Source of the DNA: Eledone cirrhosa
Taxonomy: Eukaryota
Reading direction: 5' to 3'
Length of the DNA stretch: 64,000 bases
Assembly (NCBI GenBank): GCA_964016885.1
Contig: OZ024740.1
Coordinates: forward strand, 357,492,001 to 357,556,000
The translations under genes were made by a program, and so were the position numbers. The notes beneath the pieces are model-generated. The model saw only the letters and a list, made by a program, of their open reading frames with translations, ran no database searches and was not told where the DNA came from. Of this stretch, positions 39,695-54,560 are shown in pieces (positions within the stretch are counted from its first letter, which is position 1; every line of letters begins with the position of its first letter).

Positions 39695-40915
39695 TCGACT
39701 TTCCAGTTGTTGTCTTCCTGTTTCTTCCACAACAACTACAACGGTGTGCGATGGGGTCCACCCACAGCCCTGGCGGACAGAATGGAGAAGGCGTTTCCCC
39801 GGGTAACGGCAAGGGAGACGCGCTGGAAAAGCCACTCCAACTCGCGGGGCTCACACCTGCGGCTGGCCAGCTCAGCGCCTATGGTGGTGAGTAAGGAGGT
39901 AGCCCTGGGGCCGAGGACACCAGAAGTCTCCACTGCCAGGGGTACGACCGCAAACCTGTCGGAGAGCGACCGGTATTTGAGGAGTTTGGCCCCCTCAGCC
40001 CCACGTGCAGCAGAACCTGGGTCAGTCGCAGACTGCACCAGGTTGCGGCTGCAGAAAGTGTCGGTGCAAGTGGCATCCCAGACGAGGGGTTTGCCACCGC
40101 GGAACGGGAAGATGGTCATGCCATCTGGCCTTTTGCCGTCCTCTCGATCCAGCCCCACCGGCTCGAGCTGGGAAGGAAAGCCTGCAGCGTCCAAGCCATG
40201 CTTAATGACCTCGTTGAGGGCAGAATGGCGTGGAATGCGGCCGGCACTGTGCCGACAGGAAAGCGGGTGGAGGCCGAAAGAGTCCACGGTGGAACCGCAG
40301 CGACATTGGTGTGGCTGGCAGATCTGGAGGCCGAGCCTCGGGGAAACGCCGATGCGCAGCTATGGCCGTCTAGCTGCGTGCCAATGGAGAAGGAGGGCAG
40401 GGCATGGAGCCAGGCACCACTGTGGGGTTTGGAGGCCACACGAAAACAAGCAAGGTGGTGCTGGTCGAGCTGACGCGTGAGCCTGTCTGAGGCCAGGCTG
40501 CACTGGATGGCATCCCAAATGCGTTGGGGGGACTTGACGTCAACAGGGGGAGAAGGAGGTGGGACGTCTACTGGGCTAAGTCCCAGCCGGTCCCACGTCC
40601 TATAGGCGGCCTCACGTTCTCTGAACACAGAGGGTTCTGTTGAGTTTTGAAGAACCCTGCTGACGATGACGCGGCACGAGGTTACCGACGAAAGATACGC
40701 CGGCAAAACTAGTGAGATCGGGGACCGGAGGCCAAGGCCGCCATACCTGACAGGTAAAGTGGCCTGTTGCCACCCTATGTCGTCAAACTTGATGTTGCAT
40801 ATCTCCTCGGCTGCTGCTCGGATACAAGTATCGAGGTCAGCGAGGAGAGATGTCTGGGTGTAGCACAGAGCGCTGCGGAGTGTATAGAGGAGCTTCGGCC
40901 TTGATCTCGGTTTTA
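39695..40915 (-). mobile_element. CRE-like non-LTR retrotransposon 3' fragment (CCHC + restriction-like endonuclease)
   Basis: WQQATLPVRYGGLGLR; SGAWLHALP; GLHPLSC..RHSALN..RPDGMT..WDAT..PLAVETSG..GNA; frameshifted. Confidence 0.85.
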
Positions 40916-41289
40916 CAGCTGATGAAGGATTTCTTTTCTTCTTTTCTTTTCTTCTCTTGTTTCGTCCGTACTACCATCTTAAACTATATATATATATATA
41001 TATATGGGGGGGGGGTAGTTAGCTGTGTAACAACAGTTATTGACGGCGCCCCGTTCGAAGCTCTCAATGCTGTTACGAAGTCCGATTCGTTTGGGTTTCA
41101 TTTCAGAGTTACGGCTCTTGTGTGCAGTGTAAATCGATTTAAAGAATCGAAGTCAGTGATAAGTTAGTACATATGCTACAACACTGACTATTATATATTT
41201 CTCCCGAAACTACCAAAACACACATCTATTTGTATATGCGCTACAATTTATGTACATGTTATGTAGAGTCAGATGAGAGAGGAAGATTG

Positions 41290-42310
41290 GGACAGTGTGT
41301 TGTATATTAGATATAGAGAGGGGAGAGATTGATGTTTATTGCTACAGAAAGAAGAATTTGAAGAGAGTTCCGTATAGTAGATATACAGAGGGACAGAGTT
41401 TGGTGTTAATTGATATAGAGAGGGGGATTGGAAGAGAGTTCCGTGTAGCAGATATAGAAAGGGGGAGAGTTTGGTAGTGATGGATAGAGTGAGAGGGAAT
41501 GGGAGAGCCTGTTGTATGGTAGATATAAAGAGGGGCAGAGATTTATGTTTATTTTTATAGAGAGGAATTTGAAGAGAGGTCCATGTACTAGATATACAGA
41601 GGGTGAGAGTTTGTCAGACTTGCCCAGTTTTTATTCCCCCCAACCCCCACTCGCTTATTAAATTTTGATAATCTATCCCTGACTAAATTTTATTGTAAGT
41701 GATTCATATTGATACAGCAGCTGGAGAATCTAATAATTGTTTCTACTTTTGGCACAAGGCCAGCAATTATCCCAGTGTATTACTGGTACTTTATTTTATC
41801 GACCCCGTAAGGATGAAAGGCAAAGTTAACCTAATAATAATTTTATTTTACATTAAAAAAGCATTATATATGACAAAAGAAGAACATTACAAGAAATCCC
41901 CTAGTTATGAACGTACCCTATACAATTACTGACTTCCCTTCACTTATTGTTACCACACCTCTTATTATTTGGGACCCGAAAGTGCCACAAAACTCTCCTC
42001 CTCTCTATGTCTCACACAAAACTCTCCTTTAATCCCCCTCTCTGTATCTACTCAAACCAAACGCTACCCCTGTCTATATCTACCACGACACCGCCTCTCT
42101 TATCCCACTCTCTATATCTAAGAATAATACACTCTCTCACTCTCTATAGATATCTACACTTATCTCTCCCAATCCCTCTCTGGATATCTATCACCCCTAA
42201 ACTTTCACCCTCACTATATCTACTATACGGCACTCTCCCATTATCCTTCTCTGTATATCTACAACCACCAAATCCCCCCCCCCTCTCTATATCTACCACA
42301 CTGTACTCTT
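41290..42310. repeat. Inverted pair of degenerate minisatellite arrays
   Basis: GATATAGAGAGGGG-type units at 41290-41610 and their complement at 41985-42310. Confidence 0.65.
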
Positions 42311-45227
42311 TACAATCCCCTCTCCAAAGTGGGTGGGAGATCTCCCCGCGGATGGGGAAAGTTGACTGGTCTGTCAAGTACAAGGTTTGATTTAATCAAC
42401 TTAACCTTTCCTCCAAATTTGCTGGTTTTGTGCTTAAATTAGAAATCAATATTAATTATTATCTAAAAGGCTTTGGATTGCAGAATTGATTAAACTCTGA
42501 CCAAGATGCTATTCGGTATTTACATGCGGGTTTCAAACATTGCCAGTTAAAACTGTTCCTTTCATCCTTATACAGTCAATAAATATATATCAGACAAGTA
42601 CAATCCTACAAAGCTGGAATGTTTTATATATGTGGATTGGCAGTATCGGTAGAGAGTCGGACGCCATGCTTTGACGCATAGAGTTACAGCCCTTGCCATT
42701 CTGAGTTCAAATTCCGCTGAGGTTAACTTTGCCTTTCATCCTTACGGGGTCGATAAAATAAAGTACCAGTAATGTATTGGGTAATTGTTGGCCTTGTGCT
42801 AAAAGTAGAAACAATTATTTCATTTTTTAGCACTCAAAGTTTCACGCATCCAATTCAGTCTTGAGTTTTTGTACTTGTTTTGGGGGATATATATGTGTTG
42901 TTTGGATAACGGAATACATTTGTATTAACATCAAAATATAACTTTAACGTATTTTAATGAAATCATCATTCACAGACTCGACATAAACTCAGTACAGACT
43001 ATTAACATTTATCGTTCATTAAAGGTTTATTTTACCATGCCTTGACTAATAACGGTTTCTGATATAGGCACAAAGCCAGGAATTTTAAGGGGAGGAGAAA
43101 GTCGATTACATTGAATCCAGTGCGTGACTGGTACTTTATTTTATCGACCCCTTAAGGATGAAAGGTAAAGCTAACCTCGGCGGAATTTGAACTCACAACG
43201 TAAAGGTGTGTAACTCTATGCTGCGAAGCATAGTGTTTACTGATACTGATACTGCCAATCCACCGCCCTCTTATAAGGCACAAGGCCAGGAATTTGGGGG
43301 GAGGGGAAAGTCGATTAAATCGACCCCAGTGCGTGACTGGTACTTTATTTTATCGACCCCGTAAGGATGAAAGGCAAAGTTAACTTCAGCAGTATTTGAA
43401 TTCATGCCTTGACTAATAATGTTTCTACTTTTGGCACAAGGCCAGCAATTACCCAGTGCATTACTGATACTTTATTTTATCGACCCCGTAAGGATGAAAG
43501 GCAAAGTTAACCTCGGCGGGATTTGAAATCAGATTGGAAAGGGCCGTAACTCTATGCATCAAAGCATGGCGTCCGACCCTCTACCGATACTGCCAATCCA
43601 CCTAATGACAGCTATATTGATTTTGTTTTCGGATCAAACCGCCAATCATGTTTGTCTTGTAGGCGTCGCTAGTCGTGTTTGCCTAGCAAGTACCTCCCTT
43701 CTCTGACTGCTTATCTTAGAGGTCAATTCGCCGAATAATTTCATACTAGCTTGTAGCTGAACACATATCATTTCTTTATAAATTTGATGTTCCAGTGTTT
43801 CACACACTGGCGAATGAGGTGACTGGAAGAGGGGAACCTAATTCACACGTTTTCATCATTTTTATAATAGAGTATTTAGGAATGGTATTCTAGGGTTGAT
43901 AGCTTATACAACAATGACATTATTAAATTATTTAGGTTTTTAAGTATTTCTTCTTCAGCCTCATAACCAAATGTACTATGTTCACAACAGATTCTGTTCT
44001 CTATGATTTGTAAAACTTTGCCTCCTCTTATAGTGCTTCATTCAGCAACATATATAAATTTTACTAATGAGGCTAATAGTGTATCCACAACCAGTCATGT
44101 CTCTGTGGTGTAGTTTTGAAACTTCAGTTGTTTTACTTGTTCTCATATGATTTAGCTTTAACGACTATCTTTTTCTAGTCACTTTCCATTCGATTAAATA
44201 AAAGGGTTACGGCGTCTAGAAATGCTAAGTCAACACTAAACAATAATATATTTCAAGAATCTCGTTGACACTTAACTCTAATTTCTTTTGCGTTAAGCGG
44301 ATGAAAGATAATCCCCCTCTATGAAAGACGCTATACTATTGCAATTAATTTTCACAAAAGATCTTGGTACTTACGACCGACAGCTTAAGGAATCAACTTT
44401 GCTAAAAGTAAAAAAACGTAAATAAACGATTCGTTTTAAGGTTCTGATATTAATACCCTAAACGTCATCGTGGAGGATTCAAAATATTTACGACATAAAA
44501 AAATCGACCATAATAATTGTTCCTACTTTAGGCACAACGCCATCAATTTTATGGGAACGGAAAGTTGGTGAAATCGCCCCTAGTGCGTTACTGTTAATTT
44601 ATCGACCCTATAAGGATGAAAGGTAAAGCTAAACTTGGTGGGGGTTGAACTCAGAATGTAAAGAGCTGTAACTATATGCCGCAAAGCATATTGTCGGACG
44701 CTCTACTGATACTACTAATCCCCGCCCTCGTGATAATAATAAAATAATAATAATAATTGTTTCTACGTTAGGCACAAGGCCAGCAATTACCCAGTGCAAT
44801 GCTGGTACTTTATTTTATCGACCCCGTAAGGATGAACGGAGGGGGGGGTCGATAAAATAAAGTACCAGTAATGCACTGGGATAATTGCTGGCCTTGTGCC
44901 AAAAGTAGAAACAATTATTATTATTATATGGTGGATTGGCAGTATTGGTAGAGGGTCGGACGCCATGATTTGACGCATAGAGTTACGGCTCTTGCCATTC
45001 TGAGTTCAAATCCCGCCAAGGTTAACTTTGCCTTTCATCCTTACGGGGTCAATAAAATAAAGTACCAGTAATGCACTGGGTAATTGCTGGCCTTGTGCCA
45101 AAAGTAGAAACAATTATAATAATAATAATGGTTTCTGATTTAGGCCCAAGGCCAACAATTTTGAGGGAGGGGGAAATTCGATTAAATCGACCCGAGTGTA
45201 TTACTGGTGCTTTATTTTATCCACTCC

Positions 45228-45258
<31 letters not shown>

Positions 45259-45274
45259 CTCTTTTACTCTTTTA

Positions 45275-45588
45275 CCTGTTCCAGCCATCCGGTTGAGGCC
45301 ATGCTGGGGCACCGCCCTTGTTGCTACACATCTCATCTCCAGCCTGTATTGGTTGGCCACTGGTGTAAGAGGGAGTTCGTTGGTGCTGCCCTTAGGTTTC
45401 CCTCGTGCCTTGCTGTGGGCTCATCCGGGATCCTGGATAGTAAGGTGTTGAGATGTTTCTTGAAAACATCCACCTCCACACCATGCAGATCTCTCAGATC
45501 CCTCGGCAGCTTGTTGAAGAGTTGAGTGCCCTTGAACCCCTGGCTATTTGCAATATCTGCTCCTTATTCTAGGTGTGGAAGACGGGAC
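45275..45588 (-). mobile_element. CR1-group LINE 3' fragment
   Basis: Minus strand: [41 protein letters not shown]. Confidence 0.7.
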
Positions 45589-45600
45589 ATATATGTATAT

Positions 45601-45685
<85 letters not shown>

Positions 45686-45707
45686 GACACACACAAATAT
45701 ATATATT

Positions 45708-45762
<55 letters not shown>

Positions 45763-45817
45763 GTATATATATAGTTCCCAGTGTCCCCGCATTGCCTGGA
45801 AGCTTAGCTGAGATTAG

Positions 45818-45898
45818 ACTACCTGATGACGTAAGGCTTCTCTATGGATACGCTCCGTAACCATATTTATCCCCTTACAGAAACTAATTAGTTGGAGT
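45818..45898 (+). ncRNA. Type I hammerhead ribozyme
   Basis: ACTAC-CTGATGA-cGTAAGG..CCTTACa-GAAA-CTAATTAG-TT-GGAGT, followed by a (TA)n-centred palindrome at 45900-46085. Confidence 0.65.
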
Positions 45899-45972
45899 GA
45901 AATTTTAGTAAGTAAGTCAATTTTCATAACTTTCTTATTTACGTCTTTCACATATGTATATATATATATGTA

Positions 45973-46014
<42 letters not shown>

Positions 46015-46081
46015 TACATATATATATACATATGTGAAAGACGTAAATAAGAAAGTTATGAAAATTGACTTACTTACTAAA

Positions 46082-46169
<88 letters not shown>

Positions 46170-46409
46170 GTATATATATATGTATATATATATAATTGTT
46201 TCTACTTTAGGCACAAGGCCAGCAATTACCCAGTGCATTTCTGGTACTTTATTTTATCGACCCCGTAAGGATGAAAGGCAAAGTCAACCTCGGCGGGATT
46301 TGAACTCAGATTGTAAAGGGACGTAACTATGCCGGAAAGCATGGCGTCCGACCCTCTACCGATACTGCCAATCCACCGCCTACATATATATATATAATGT
46401 ATAATAAAC

Positions 46410-48935
46410 AATACAATATAATTACCTCATTACCAGAGGTTTCCCGAGTAAGACGAATACGAAAAACGTCCTCATTCGTTCGTCGGACAAGGCAATTTAA
46501 AACAGTGAAATATTTGAAAAGTCTCCTCAAGAAATGCAAGAGTTTAACGGGTTAAAAATATATAAATAAAAGTAATGCAAGAGTTATATAAAAAAATAAG
46601 AAAATAATAAGAAAATAAGGAAATATAGTTAGGGTTTATGTATATATATGTATATACAATCACAAATATACATATGTGTGTATGTGCAAATGCATGTGTA
46701 TGGTGAAAATGTGTGCGTAAGTACATATATGAGGGCAAGTATATTTGTGTATATGTGACCACAAATACGTATCTAATATGAGTTGAAAAAGAAATTGTAT
46801 GATAATATAATTAACACGCATCCAGATACAGGTATTAAATACACATACGGGTATGAAAGCACGCGTATAAACAAACACACACACACGCGCGGTCACTTAT
46901 ATGCGGAAGATAAAGAGAGAAGGGAGTGTAATAGTAAAAAGAAGTGTCATTCTCGATATATGTATAAAAATGAAACAATATATGAGAATGAAAAAATGTT
47001 TAAATCAAAGAGAATGTAATCAATTAACACTAGAGAAAAGAAAACAAACATAGGTACGCACGTACACACACACATATATATAAAAAAATATTTATACACA
47101 CAAATACGTACAGACAAAAGCGCATGCGTGCGTACATACATACACATGAGGCACGTATATATATATATCGCCACATGTATATCTAAACCCACGCACGTAT
47201 GCGACTATATATATATATATATATATATACATATATACATACATATCCATACATACATATACATATACACACATATACATACACATACACATACATTCAC
47301 CCGCATACACACACACACACGTATAAATAAGTATGTAAAAAAACTAGATATAAAAACACACATACACACATATATATATACGTACGCACGCACACATACG
47401 GAGGCGTTCGTATACATATACAGAACGTATACACACATAAGCACACTCACACACATAGATACAGATTATAAGCTAGCCGTATGAATAAATGATTACAAAT
47501 ATAAAATCGGCTGCGAAACAACATAATATATCTGGAGTGGAAAACGTAAGTGACAGTGGTATCAGGTAGTGAAAGAAAATGGGGAAGTAAAAATTGTGGA
47601 ATGTGAAGATATTAGGTAAGTGAATCGAAAAGTAGTGGGGGGGGGGGGGGTTACTGGTGGATGTGAAGTAAAAATAAAAATAAAATTAAAAATAAAGTTA
47701 AAAATGAAAGTAAATCAGAGAGAGAAGTCTGTAAAGAGGATAATTTAAGGAAAGTGAAGAATAAGAGTTTATGGAGGATAAGTATCTGAAAGTGAGTTAA
47801 GTTTATATGAGCTGGAAAGCAAGTGTGATTTCATAAGTGGGCAACTGGTGAAAATTTCTGTTTTGTATTTAGGCAGGTTTTTGGTGATTTAAGGTTCGGT
47901 AAAATCCAATATTTTTCACTTATGCAGAGTGTGCATCTTCTTGTTCCTCTTTCATATTCTTTAGATTGGTTCTTTAGATTGGTAGAGTCAAAAGTGAATG
48001 CCCATTACAAGGTAAATGCAACACCAAAACCATTGTATATGCGGCTAAAGTGACAACCATCAGCAACAACCAACTAGCCACCAGCGAACGATATGTGGGT
48101 ATGACACAAGACAAATTCAAAACGCGTTATTACTCACTTGTCGCATCTTTCCGACATCCAGAAAAAAGATTCACAAGAGCTCTGGCTAGCAGAATATGGG
48201 ATTTGAAAGACCAAGGTATCCAATATAAATTGGATTGGTCAATTTGAACCAATCTAAAGAATATGCAAGAGGAACAAGTACACACTCTGCATAAGTGAAA
48301 AATATTGGATTTTACAGAACCTTAAATCACCAAAAACCTGCCTAAATACAAAAACAAAAATTTTCACCAGTTGCCCACATATGAAATCACACTTGCTTTC
48401 CAGCTCATATAAACTTAACTCACTTTCAGATATTTATCCTCCATAAACTCTTATTCTTCACTTTCCTTAAATTATCCTCTTTACAGACTTCTCTCTCTCT
48501 GATTTACTTTCATTTTTAACTTTATTTTAATTTTATTTTTATTTTTACTTCACATCCACCAGTACCCCCCCCCCCCTACTTTTCGATTCACTTACCTAAT
48601 ATCTTCACATTCCACAATTTTTACTTCCCCATTTTCTTTCACTACCTGATATCACATGTCACTTGCGTTTTCCACTACAGATATATTATGTTGTTTCGCA
48701 GCCGATTTTATATTTGTAATCATTTATTCATACGGCTGGCTTATAATCTGTATCTATGTGTGTGAGTGTGCTTATGTGTGTATACGTTCTGTATATGTAT
48801 ACGAATAACTCCGTATGTGTGCGTGCGTACGTATAAATATGTGTGTGTATATGTGTTTTTTATATCTAGGTTTTTTACATACTTATTTATACGTGTGTGT
48901 GTATGCGGGTGAATGTATGTGTAAATATATCGCAA
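46410..48935. mobile_element. 5'-truncated Nematis-like PLE with a long inverted 3' region
   Basis: Arms of about 680 bp (47291-47970 and 48246-48920) surround the + strand GIY-YIG fragment ECPLQGKC..IVYAAKV..YVGMTQDKFKTRY..IWDLKD. Confidence 0.85.
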
Positions 48936-48990
48936 ACCATACACAATTAGGTATAAAATCAAAGTTAGAAGAAAAAATGTATATAAACAT

Positions 48991-49042
<52 letters not shown>

Positions 49043-49057
49043 CTCAGTTTACTCAGC

Positions 49058-49271
49058 TGTAGAAATGAGTTGCGACGTCACCGGTACCAAGCTGTATCGG
49101 CCATTGCCTTTCCCTTGGACCTCATCGGTGGCGTGGAGAGGGGAGACTGGTATGCATGGGCGACTATTGGTCTTCCACAAACAACCTTGCTTGGACTTGT
49201 GCCTCGGAGGAAAACTTTCTAGGTGCAAATCCCTTGGTCATTCGTGACCGAAGGGGGTCTTTACCATTTAC

Positions 49272-49272
<1 letters not shown>
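49058..49272 (-). mobile_element. Short GC-balanced interspersed element (RTE/SINE-related, tentative)
   Basis: Discrete 215-bp unit between (TA)n tracts; family assignment is from recall only. Confidence 0.35.
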
Positions 49273-49310
<38 letters not shown>

Positions 49311-49415
49311 TATAAATATAAATATATATATATATAGGTATATATATATATACATATACATTGGTATATATATATACATATACATATATATATAGGTATA
49401 TATATATATACATAT

Positions 49416-49493
<78 letters not shown>

Positions 49494-49500
<7 letters not shown>

Positions 49501-50499
49501 TAAAGTTAGTCTTTCATCAGTGATCTTCCAACCATCATTGGTATTTCATCGCTTTAAAGACCATATACCTCCGGTTGGTGCGAGCAACGGCTAAAAAAGT
49601 CGTTGGGACACGTAAATAATGGGGACACGAGTGTAAACAAACAAAAATGGTGAAGCAACGAAAAGTGAGGAAGAAGGAGTCAAGTCCCAAATTTCTATGA
49701 ATTTTAAATTCGGTGAAATCGTGAACGGGAGAGAATAAAGACCATCAAACCTGGTTGGAATGTGAGCAAGGAAGGAATTCCGTACAGGTCTAACGGGAGG
49801 AAGAAGGGATCTAGTCTGTGATTTCGGTGAACGTAAGTTCTGTGAAAGCGTAGACGAGAGAGAGAAAAAAAGCGACCTGCCAGACCAAGGGTACGAAAGA
49901 AAAGAATTACGCACAGGTCAAACGGGAAGAAGGAGAAGGAGGAGAGGTAGTAACAGAGAATGAGTGAGTGAAGGGTGAGGAATGGCTAACAGAGAGAGTG
50001 ACTGCTAGAGAGGGTAAAGATACAGAGAAAGAGGAAGCAGTAAGAACGAAATAGACGTGTAACAACGGGTAAAAAAAGTCGTTGGGACACGTAAATAAAG
50101 GGGACACGAGTGTAAACAAACAAAAATGGTGAAGCAACGAAAAGATTTCACAGAACTTACGTTCACCGAAATCACAGACTAGATCCCTTCTTCCTCCCGT
50201 TAGACCTGTACGGAATTCCTTCCTTGCTCACATTCCAACCAGGTTTGATGGCCTTTATTCTCTCTCGTTCACGATTTCTCCGAATTTAAATTCATAGAAA
50301 TTTGGGACTTGACTCCTTCTTCCTCACTTTTCGTTGCTTCACCATTTTTGTTTGTTTGCACTCGTGTCCCCTTTATTTATGTGTCCCAACGACTTTTTTT
50401 AGCCGTTGCTCGCACCAACCGGAGGTATATGGTCTTTAAAGCGATGAAATACCAATGATGGTTGGAAGATCACTGATGAAGGACTAACTTTATTCATAT
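49494..50499. repeat. Foldback (354-bp arms) with an internal direct repeat
   Basis: Arms 49494-49847 and 50146-50499; direct repeat 49592-49664 and 50070-50144; degenerate hammerhead with core CCAATGA. Confidence 0.9.
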
Positions 50500-50532
50500 G
50501 TAACCCATTAGCAAACCCGCAGCACGTTTATT

Positions 50533-50585
<53 letters not shown>

Positions 50586-50589
50586 GTAA

Positions 50590-50616
50590 ATCCTACAGAC
50601 CATCCCTCTACCACGA

Positions 50617-50680
<64 letters not shown>

Positions 50681-51189
50681 TCTTAATAGGCATTTGAACT
50701 GTCAACAGGCTGCGGTTCGCACACACATCCCTGCTAACCATTATCACAACAACGAACCTCTTTACTACTACTACACACACACATATTTGTTTTGAAAGAC
50801 TTATTTTTCAGTGACTTCTCAATCAGCCAACACAAACCTACATTTGGCGCAAAATCAATTTTTAACATTCACATGACCTCTACCGACCAATCAAAATTGT
50901 TTTGACCACAAGAATTTTTGCAACACGAATTGGCGCAAAACTTATTTTAATACCGCTGGAGCCACTTTTTTAACATAAAAACAGGTAGAATGTCCAAAAC
51001 TAATCAGATTAGAGCAAACATCACGGACGCTCTATCTCAAAATTATTTTTGAAAAGCATTAGAAATGCGCAACCGGTAAAACTTAAAACGAAAACTGAAT
51101 ACTAACCAATACTATTACTAATTCTCTCTTATTCCTAATTAAACTATTTTTCACTGTGAACAATTTGTCAGCATTTTCTTTTCCGTTTA

Positions 51190-51195
<6 letters not shown>
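50590..51195 (+). mobile_element. Solo 3'/pseudo-LTR copy of the Neptune element
   Basis: Colinear with 24850-25458. Confidence 0.9.
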
Positions 51196-51255
<60 letters not shown>

Positions 51256-51282
51256 TATATATATATATATACATATACACAC

Positions 51283-51335
<53 letters not shown>

Positions 51336-51370
51336 CTTATACATATATATATATGTATATATATATATAT

Positions 51371-52382
51371 TTCATCATCTACATTAATGACATTACTGAC
51401 ATCATCAAGCACAGTAACATCAGAATCTTCGCAGATGATTCCAAGCTCCAAAGGGTCATCAATGAGGTGGGTGACCGGACTTGCCTTCAGTCAGACCTAC
51501 TGGCTGTTCTCCAATGGGCAGAAATAAATAATATGCTGTTGAATGAGGATAAATTTGAATTAAGCCACTTTGGAAAAAAGGATGCCCTGAAACTACCTTA
51601 CTCTCTTCCTTCCGGTGAAACTCTAGTGGCATCCAATAACATCAGAGACCTGGGAGTAATTGTGGACAACAACATAAGCTGGGCCACTCATATAAACAGC
51701 AAAGTTGATATAGCCCGCAGAATGTGTTCCTGGATTCTCAGAACTTTCCAATCGAGAGATATCCACACTGTTATCCTTCTCTTCTCCACTTTTGCCCGAC
51801 CCCACCTTGAATACTATTGTCCACTGTGGTCACCCCACACGAAACAGAGTATCATGAAAGTTGAAGCACCCCAAAGGTCAATTACCAAAAAGATAGATGG
51901 CATGACAGGCCTTGACTATTGGGGTCGATTAGAAAAGCTCAAACTTTATTCTCTCCAACGTCGCTGTGAGCGCTACATTATCTGTATGATGTGGAAAATA
52001 TTCCATCAGCTTTGCCCAAATGATGTTGGCATCACCTTTAGTGTACACCCAAGGCTTGGGCCCCCTGATATCCGCCCACAACAAAAATCTCACTCGCATC
52101 ACGTAACCACAATACGGCACAATTATTTCACCTCAATTGGCCCTGCACTCTTTAACATTACACCAAAACACATCAAAGCAGAGACAGACCCCATCAAGTT
52201 CAAGAAGTCTTTGAATAAATTCCTTCAAGAAACCCCGGATATGCCTCCGTAAACAATAACTCTCTGCTCGAGTGGGCCATGGTGCCCAAACACTGATCTG
52301 TAAGACTTCACCAGGTGGTGCTATTAAGTTAGACATGGCCTGGGCCATTACTGGCCGAAACCTATCAAAGTTATCAAAGTTA
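51371..52382 (+). mobile_element. CR1-group LINE, 5'-truncated RT
   Basis: [38 protein letters not shown]; ORF open to 52252; tail repeat TATCAAAGT. Confidence 0.9.
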
Positions 52383-52478
52383 TATATATATATATATATA
52401 TAATTGGTGTTGGATGCTTAAAGCGTCTGTTTGCGGTAGGCCGTTTGAGCACTCGATGCTCTCATAGAGCAGAGTATG

Positions 52479-52783
<305 letters not shown>

Positions 52784-52801
52784 AAAAAATATATATATAT
52801 A

Positions 52802-52865
<64 letters not shown>

Positions 52866-53401
52866 AATATATGTGAGTGTATGTGTGTATAAGCGCATAC
52901 TTGTGTGACACTAAATAATATCAGATATGTCAAACTACCCTGGGATAAAGTAAGTGTGGGTGTTTTCAGCTTTTGCTTGAATAACAATTGTGCTTTAGAA
53001 ATAGTGAGGCTAAACTTTAGAGGGGAAAGTAATAAAAACAAGGTTTTCACGAAAAAAAAAAAGTCGATAAGATTAGAGAACTGTGTTACACTGGAGCAAC
53101 CAGTTCAAAATAGTTAACTGGACTCCAAACAATATTTCTTTTTTACGGGGTGGCGGGTTTTATATTTTTAAGGATATATTTTATTGTTTCTTGTTTAGTA
53201 ATAGCAAGCCATTAGAAAACTGCTTTTATTCTCTTCTTTTTCGTTAAATAATTCGAGTCGGCAAAAGGGGTGAAATATTATTGTAAAGAATTTATAAAGT
53301 AAAACTACCAGTTTATTCATTTGAAGTGAAATAAAAATGATTATAAAAGTGTATGCGCGCGCGTGTGTGTGTATACACACACACACACACACACACATAT
53401 A

Positions 53402-53480
<79 letters not shown>

Positions 53481-53524
53481 ATTCGTTGTACTGCCTCTCT
53501 GTTTTGTTCCTGTTCAAATTTTCC

Positions 53525-53621
<97 letters not shown>

Positions 53622-54399
53622 CTTATGTAGGACACTGTGTAAATAAAACGAATTTAATATATATGTAATTACACTTTCTTTTTTTTTTTTTTTTTCATTA
53701 GAAAGCTCGTGGTAAAAGGAGGAAGTGTAAACACACTATGTTCTATTCTCTTTATACATAGGGGAAAACATTTAGAGATTATCTTTGTGCGTTTCGGAGT
53801 TTATAGTCTCTTCATCAGAAGTTAAATATTCCTACATACGGATCAGTATAGCATAGGAATTTATGTCAAGCAAGTTGCTGAACATAAGTGAAAAGATCAG
53901 TCTAGTGTTTATGACAGGCATACGTTTGATAACATAATTTATTATATGTGGGATATTTATGTATAACACTGTGTATATTAGAAGATTTAAGCTAAATTTA
54001 AGACTTCTAATTACGAACAACTGTACCAATATCTACATTGCCACTTTCGAATTACACACGTGCATATAATATTCAAATTCGTAAGTGGATCTTCGTCGGT
54101 TTCGATTATAAAATACCTGTCGAGCAATTGAAGTACCTGTTCAGTGTACGTAGCTAATTACTCCACAGATCTGATTACCGTCAACGTAATTCCCAAGCAG
54201 AATCAGAATGACAAAGTGAATGGGATAAAGCTGGCTCATGGAATTACGGGTAAAGTTAACCTTGCGATCTTATCACAGTGTATATGTACCCAATTTCCTT
54301 CTCAATGCTTCGATCGACATGAAACAAGAGTAAAAAGCCCTAGAACCTCATGATTGCGAAACAAACCTTTTAACCACTCGATTATGCCTTTGTCCTATA

Positions 54400-54560
54400 C
54401 ATGAACGCAGGTGAAGGAGTTCATTTTGCAATCATTAGGTTCCAAGTTCAATCCCACTGCGTGGCATCTTCAGCAAATGTCATTTACCATAGTCTCGAGT
54501 GACTCATGCCTTGTGAATGGAATTGGGTAGGTAGAAACTATTTGGAAGTCCGTGGAATAG
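54400..54560 (+). mobile_element. Degenerate tRNA-SINE (family C)
   Basis: B-box AGTTCAATCCC, then ACTGCGTGGCATCTTCAGCAAATGTC. Confidence 0.5.

Larger units (their letters stand above)
41735..46381. mobile_element. Cluster of about 12 family-A SINE copies
   Basis: Approximate copies: 41735(-), 42490(+), 42630-42817(+), 43054(-), 43275(-), 43420-43602(-), 44515(-), 44752(-), 44845(+), 44930-45115(+), 45130(-), 46195-46381(-). Confidence 0.85.

Noticed and set aside
53783-53822. Hammerhead-like CTGATGA..CGAAAC on the minus strand
   Set aside because: The NUH cleavage triplet is missing. Similar decayed motifs near 7330, 16400, 26275, 29715 and 46430 were also not called.
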